A DNA stretch of 64,000 nt, taken from the NCBI GenBank assembly GCA_900617105.1, contig UYFQ01000032.1, positions 744,001 to 808,000 of the forward strand, in the 5' to 3' direction. A model generated the notes under the pieces. It was not told where the DNA came from, searched no databases, and was given only the letters and a program-made list of their open reading frames with translations. This stretch comes from Hydrurus foetidus. Taxonomy: Eukaryota. How positions within the stretch are numbered: position 1 is the stretch's first letter; each line of letters begins with the position of its first letter. Positions 59,236-64,000 of the stretch are shown here, in pieces. The translations under genes and the position numbers were made by a program.

Positions 59236-60633
59236 TCAGCTGGGTCGTGTCAGCTTGTCAGGCACCAACAAGGCTTCTAACTCGGCCACCGTCATGATGC
59301 CCAGCGACTCGGCTACTTCGCCAATCGGCTTGCCGGTTGCAATAGCGGTTTTGGCAATTAATGCAGATTTTTCGTACCCGATGATGGGGTTCAGCGCCGT
59401 CACCAGCGTAACCGATTCGCGCACCCGTTTGGCCAGCAGCTCGTGGTTGGCTTCGATACCCACCACGCAGTTCACCAGCAGCGTGCGGCAGCCGTGGTTC
59501 AAGTGCTGAATGCTTTTGAACAGGCTCCAGCCCATGATGGGCTCGAAGGCATTGAGCTGTAACTGCCCGGCTTCTGAGGCCATCGTGACCGTCATGTCAT
59601 TGCCAATCACCTCGAACGCGACTTGGTTCATCACCTCTGGAATCACGGGGTTGACCTTGCCCGGCATGATGCTGGAACCGGCTTGCCGTGGTGGCAGCTT
59701 GATGTCGCCAAACCCAGCCTGCGGGCCGCTGGAAAGCAGACGCAAGTCGTTGCAAATTTTACTGAGCTTGGTGGCCACCCGCTTGAGCACGCCCGAGAGC
59801 TGCACGAAGGCACCCGTGTCTTGCGTGGCTTCAATCAAATTACCGGCCTTTTTGACCGGCACACCGCTCTCAACAGCCAAGTAGCGGCAGGCCATTTCGG
59901 CGTAGCCGTGCGGCGTGTTGATGCCCGTACCGATGGCGGTGGCACCAAGGTTGATCTCTTCGATCAGCGCACGTGCTTCGCGCAGACGAGCTTCGTCTTC
60001 TTCGATCATCACCGCGTAGGTGGAAAACTCTTGGCCCAAAGTCATAGGCACCGCGTCTTGCAACTGGGTGCGACCAATTTTCAGCACGTCTTTGAACTCA
60101 TAAGCTTTGAGCGCGAAGCCAGCCCGCAGTTCGGCCATCGCATCGAGCAAACCGCCGATGGCAAACCACAACGACAGGCGCACGGCGGTGGGGTACACGT
60201 CGTTGGTGCTTTGCGACGCGTTGACGTGATCATTGGGGTGCAGCACCTCGTACGCGCCTTTGGCGTGGCCCAGTTTTTCCAAGGCGATATTGGCAATCAC
60301 CTCGTTGGCGTTCATGTTGGTGGATGTACCTGCACCGCCCTGAATCACATCTACAACAAATTCGCTGTGGTGCAATCCGTTAATCAGGTCATTGCAGGCC
60401 AAAATAATCGCGTCAGCGCGCTCGCGGCTGAGTGCGCCAAGCTCCACATTGGTGCGAGCTGCGGCTTTTTTGACGTAACCAAAGGCGCGAATCAAGTCCG
60501 GCATGGCCGAAATCGGCGTGCCGGTGATGGGGAAATTCTCAACGGCGCGGGCGGTGTGAACACCCCAGTAGGCGGATGTGGGGATTTGTTTTTCGCCCAA
60601 AAAATCGTGTTCGGTGCGGGTAGCTACAGCCAT
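59236..60633 (-). CDS. aspA: Aspartate ammonia-lyase
   Basis: RTEHDFLG, QGGAGTSTNMNANE, QSTND, GRTQLQDA, GSSIMPGKVNP. Confidence 0.95.
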   Translation of the reverse strand: MAVATRTEHDFLGEKQIPTSAYWGVHTARAVENFPITGTPISAMPDLIRAFGYVKKAAARTNVELGALSRERADAIILACNDLINGLHHSEFVVDVIQGGAGTSTNMNANEVIANIALEKLGHAKGAYEVLHPNDHVNASQSTNDVYPTAVRLSLWFAIGGLLDAMAELRAGFALKAYEFKDVLKIGRTQLQDAVPMTLGQEFSTYAVMIEEDEARLREARALIEEINLGATAIGTGINTPHGYAEMACRYLAVESGVPVKKAGNLIEATQDTGAFVQLSGVLKRVATKLSKICNDLRLLSSGPQAGFGDIKLPPRQAGSSIMPGKVNPVIPEVMNQVAFEVIGNDMTVTMASEAGQLQLNAFEPIMGWSLFKSIQHLNHGCRTLLVNCVVGIEANHELLAKRVRESVTLVTALNPIIGYEKSALIAKTAIATGKPIGEVAESLGIMTVAELEALLVPDKLTRPS

Positions 60634-60735
60634 GTTGTCTCCGGTGTAAGGGGTAACAAGACTGTAGTGAGAAGACACTAAAAATACCAATGCCCTTTAT
60701 TCGTGAAACTATGCAGCAAACTCATAACGAGCCAT

Positions 60736-61674
60736 TCACGCTGATGATGCCAAGGGATTTGCCGCCAAATACGTCCATAGCGCCTGCGCACTGCTCTTAG
60801 CCGCCTCTTTGCCCAATGGTTTTTCGCGGTAGGCGCGAATGTCCAGTTTCAGCTCCAATTCAGGCGTGTCGGCATTCATCGCGCTGACCAGCTTTTTAGC
60901 CCTCAGCTCCTTCTTCACCGCGCTGAGCGGCAAGAATGCAATGCCGTGGCCTTCCATCGCCATCGCCTTGAGGCCCTCCGCCATGTCGGTTTCGTAAACC
61001 CGGTCAAGATGGATGGCGGTGCGCGATTGTTTAAGCAGCAAATCCACCAGCCGCCCCAAGTAAGCACCGGGGGCATAACCCAAGTACGGAAGCAACTGAC
61101 CTGCCCGCCCCGGCAAGCGGTAAAGCGGCTCGCCATCGGCGTTGGGCCGCACATAGGGGGCCAACACCTCCTGGCCCAAGCTCACCATTTCATAGCGTTC
61201 AGCGTCCAGCTGGTAAGGCTGTGATGGGTGATGAAAGGCAATCAGAAGATCACAATTTCCCTCTACCAGCCGCATCACCGCATCATGAACATTGAGCGCA
61301 ATCAAGCGGCTTTTGATGAAGCCGAAGTCTTCTCGCAAGCGCGTCACCCATGCCGGAAAAAACGTGAACGCCAAGCTGTGCGGCACCGCGAACTCGATCA
61401 CGTCTTCGCCTACCGTGGCATGGCCACGCAGCATGGCCCGGGTGCTTTGCAGCGCTTGCAGCATCTCCAGCGACTGCGCATATAACGTCTCCCCCGCCAA
61501 GGTGAGGCGCGTGGGGTACGAGCTGCGGTCAACCAGATCGGTGCCCGCCCAAGCTTCCAGCGCCTGAATCCGGCGTGAGAACGCGGGTTGGGTGACGTGC
61601 CGCAGCGTAGCTGAACGGCTGAAGCTGCGGGTTTCAGCGAGGCTCACGAAGTCCTCAAGCCATTTGGTTTCCAT
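60736..61674 (-). CDS. LysR family transcriptional regulator (probable aspA regulator)
   Basis: METKWLEDF, SFSRSA, TQPAFSRRIQALE. Confidence 0.93.
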   Translation of the reverse strand: METKWLEDFVSLAETRSFSRSATLRHVTQPAFSRRIQALEAWAGTDLVDRSSYPTRLTLAGETLYAQSLEMLQALQSTRAMLRGHATVGEDVIEFAVPHSLAFTFFPAWVTRLREDFGFIKSRLIALNVHDAVMRLVEGNCDLLIAFHHPSQPYQLDAERYEMVSLGQEVLAPYVRPNADGEPLYRLPGRAGQLLPYLGYAPGAYLGRLVDLLLKQSRTAIHLDRVYETDMAEGLKAMAMEGHGIAFLPLSAVKKELRAKKLVSAMNADTPELELKLDIRAYREKPLGKEAAKSSAQALWTYLAANPLASSA

Positions 61675-61805
61675 GACCGCATTATCGGCGCGGTGCCCTC
61701 GCCTTATCCCAAGGTGAATACCCCCTTAGCAAGAACCCGCGATTTACATCAGAATACGCCCACCTAAGTAATTTCACTTCATAACCGTGTCACGGAGACA
61801 AACCC

Positions 61806-62819
61806 ATGCACAACCCCGTCCCATCCAACCCCACAACACGCCGCCAATTGCTGCAATCAGCCGGAGCCACCGCCCTGCTTGCCAGCATCGGCCAGCAGGC
61901 CTGGGCCCAAGCCATCAGCATCGACACACTGAGGATCATCACCGGCTTTGCCGCAGGCGGCACCTCAGACACCTTGTGTCGCCGCTTGGCCACCAAGCTC
62001 GCCCCTGAAGTCGCCAAATCCGCCGTGGTGGAAAACAAAACCGGCGCAGGTGGGCAAATCGCTGTGACCTACGTCAAAAGCCAGCCCGCCGATGGCAGCA
62101 CGCTGCTGCAAACGCCCACCTCCATCCTCACCATCTACCCGCACATCTTCAAAAAGCTGCCGTATGACCCGATGGTGGACTTGACCGCGGTGTCCATCGC
62201 CTGCGTGTTCGATTTCGGCCTCGCCGTCGGCCCCAGCGTACCGCTCAGCGTGAAGACCGTACCCGAGTTTTTAGCCTGGGCCAAAGCCAACCCCACGGGC
62301 GCGAATTTCGGATCCCCCGCAGCAGGCTCCACGCCACACTTCATCGGTGCGCTGTTGGGCATGAGCGCAGGCGTTGACCTGAAGCACGCGGCCTACCGAG
62401 GCACGCAACCCGCCATGTTGGACTTGCTCGGCGGCAACATTTCCGCTGTATCCGGCCCCATCGGCGACCTGACGCAGCACCTGCCCACCGGCAAAATCCG
62501 TATCCTCGGTGTCTCAGGTGCCAAACGCAGCCGCTTCGCCCCCGATGTGCCCACCTACGCAGAGCAGGGCTTGAAAGAGATGACCCACAGCGAGTGGTTC
62601 GCCATGTTCCTGCCCGCAAAAGCATCCCCAGAGCTGGTCACCAAAATGAACGCAGGGCTAAAAACGGCCCTGGCAAGCAAAGAAGTGATCGACGGCCTGG
62701 CAGGCTTTGGCCTAGAAGCCATGTCATCCACCCCGGCGGAGCTGAGCGACCTGCTGCGCCGCGACACGGCGAAGTGGGCACCTATCGTGAAGCAGATTGG
62801 GTTTACGGCGGAAAGTTGA
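61806..62819 (+). CDS. Bug/TctC tripartite tricarboxylate transporter substrate-binding protein (Tat signal)
   Basis: TRRQLL, GFAAGGTSD, VENKTGAGG, YRG, PDVPT. Confidence 0.92.
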   Translation: MHNPVPSNPTTRRQLLQSAGATALLASIGQQAWAQAISIDTLRIITGFAAGGTSDTLCRRLATKLAPEVAKSAVVENKTGAGGQIAVTYVKSQPADGSTLLQTPTSILTIYPHIFKKLPYDPMVDLTAVSIACVFDFGLAVGPSVPLSVKTVPEFLAWAKANPTGANFGSPAAGSTPHFIGALLGMSAGVDLKHAAYRGTQPAMLDLLGGNISAVSGPIGDLTQHLPTGKIRILGVSGAKRSRFAPDVPTYAEQGLKEMTHSEWFAMFLPAKASPELVTKMNAGLKTALASKEVIDGLAGFGLEAMSSTPAELSDLLRRDTAKWAPIVKQIGFTAES

Positions 62820-63117
62820 TAAGCCGTTGCGCCGCTGGCTGCGCACCCGTATTCGCAGCCAGTTTTCGCAAAAATACCGGCGACACCGTCCAGGTGTTGC
62901 CTGCTGGCACTACCACCGTGACCGTCTTGCGGTTGTATTTGGTAATCACCCCCGTCAGCACCGGGTGCCCCTCTGGCTGAAATGCCACCTGCTCGCCAAT
63001 ACTGAAATCCAGCATGTGGGCGTGCGCCCGCATTTGCTGCAAAAATTTGAGCCGAGCCACCACACGATGGTTGAGATCAATCAGCTGAGCTTCAGTGAGT
63101 TTGTCGATGTCGATCAT
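62803..63117 (-). CDS. Small hypothetical protein (helix plus SH3-like beta region)
   Basis: MIDIDKLTEAQLIDLNHRVVARLKFL...GVITKYNRKTVTV; protein-like composition; fills the gap between Bug and the ABC gene. Confidence 0.7.
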   Translation of the reverse strand: MIDIDKLTEAQLIDLNHRVVARLKFLQQMRAHAHMLDFSIGEQVAFQPEGHPVLTGVITKYNRKTVTVVVPAGNTWTVSPVFLRKLAANTGAQPAAQRLINFPP

Positions 63118-63159
63118 GGTATGCAAAGCATTAAATTATCAGTCCGTAGCCCCATCACC

Positions 63160-64000
63160 TCACTCCGCACTCTGCTGCAACGCCCACATCGCTGCGTACC
63201 GCCCGCCCAGCGCCAGCAGCGCCGCGTGGTTGCCGCGCTCGATGATCTTGCCCGCGTCCATCACCAAAATCTCATGCGCATCCACCACAGTCGAGAGTCG
63301 GTGCGCAATCACCAGCGTGGTTTTGTTTTGAGCGGCACTTTGCAGCTCAATCTGGATCGCCCGCTCGTTGGCACTGTCCAGCGCCGAGGTGGCTTCGTCA
63401 AAAATCAGAATAGGGGGGTTTTTGAGCAGCGTGCGGGCGATGGCGACGCGCTGTTTTTCACCGCCTGAAAGCTTCAAGCCCCGCTCGCCCACCATCGCGC
63501 CATAGCCTTGGGGGGTGCCACTGATGAAATCGTGGATGCGAGCGGCACGGGCTGCCTCTTCAACTTCAGCACGGGTGGCACCGGGGCGGCCATAGGCGAT
63601 GTTGTATTCAATGGTGTCATTGAACAGCACAGTGTCTTGCGGCACGATGCCAATCGCTTGGCGCACGCTGGCCTGGGTGACATGGCGGATGTCTTGCCCG
63701 GCAATTGAAATGGCACCGTACTGCACATCGTAAAAGCGGTACATCAGCCGCGCCAAGGTGGATTTCCCCGAGCCTGACGGCCCCACCACCGCGACGGTTT
63801 TTCCCGCCGGGATCACAAAGCTGATGTTGTAGAGGATGCGCCGCCCTGGCACCGTTGCGTGCCCCAAGTCGTAGGCGAAGCTGACGTTATCGAATTTCAC
63901 CTCAGGTTCACCATCAATTTTGATAGCTATTGCAGCAGGTGTGTCAGCCACTTCACGGTCTTTTTCCATCAAAACGAACATCTTGTCGAGGTCGGTCAGG
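63160..64000 (-). CDS. ABCB/ATM1-like ABC transporter, C-terminal NBD (5' part outside the window)
   Basis: [48 protein letters not shown]. Confidence 0.9.
   Translation of the reverse strand, partial: LTDLDKMFVLMEKDREVADTPAAIAIKIDGEPEVKFDNVSFAYDLGHATVPGRRILYNISFVIPAGKTVAVVGPSGSGKSTLARLMYRFYDVQYGAISIAGQDIRHVTQASVRQAIGIVPQDTVLFNDTIEYNIAYGRPGATRAEVEEAARAARIHDFISGTPQGYGAMVGERGLKLSGGEKQRVAIARTLLKNPPILIFDEATSALDSANERAIQIELQSAAQNKTTLVIAHRLSTVVDAHEILVMDAGKIIERGNHAALLALGGRYAAMWALQQSAE
63910..63974 (+). repeat. Coding-embedded dispersed motif copy (antisense in the ABC gene; imperfect)
   Basis: cca TCAATTTTGAT AGC TATTGCA GC AGGTGTGTCA GC ... TTTTTCCATCAAAA (last spacer is 10 nt). Confidence 0.55.

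Overview
GC-rich betaproteobacterial chromosome segment; gene content and order point to Comamonadaceae (Rhodoferax/Polaromonas-like, by inference). From left to right: the dcw cell-division cluster (mraZ-rsmH-ftsL-ftsI-murE-murF-mraY-murD-ftsW-murG, minus strand); a stand-alone adenylation enzyme directly behind hslVU; a STAS protein, dksA, a COG0523 GTPase, an rlmI-like methyltransferase, xerC, DUF484, dapF; a carbonic anhydrase, an MBL hydrolase, a RelE/ParE TA pair, a pseudouridine-synthase-like protein, YjgN and M48; rnpB; an FAD oxidoreductase, nudK/DeoR, DUF3025, pyrC and a PLD. A ~17 kb catabolic block follows, containing class II HMG-CoA reductase with a LIV-type ABC transporter and MocR regulator, then LysR, pxpA-BCCP-biotin carboxylase-pxpB-pxpC and a TorT-like sugar ABC transporter; it ends in an IS5 remnant. 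After that come gltIJKL with an intact IS5 inside gltK, aspA, LysR, Bug/TctC and a partial ATM1-like ABC transporter. The most unusual signal is a ~60 bp fixed-geometry DNA motif (GCT-N11-AGC-N7-GC-N11-GC-~N11-A/T tract). It is overprinted on about 10 sites inside unrelated coding genes, in different frames and both orientations, and was not seen in the catabolic block. All calls were made by eye; no database searches were run.
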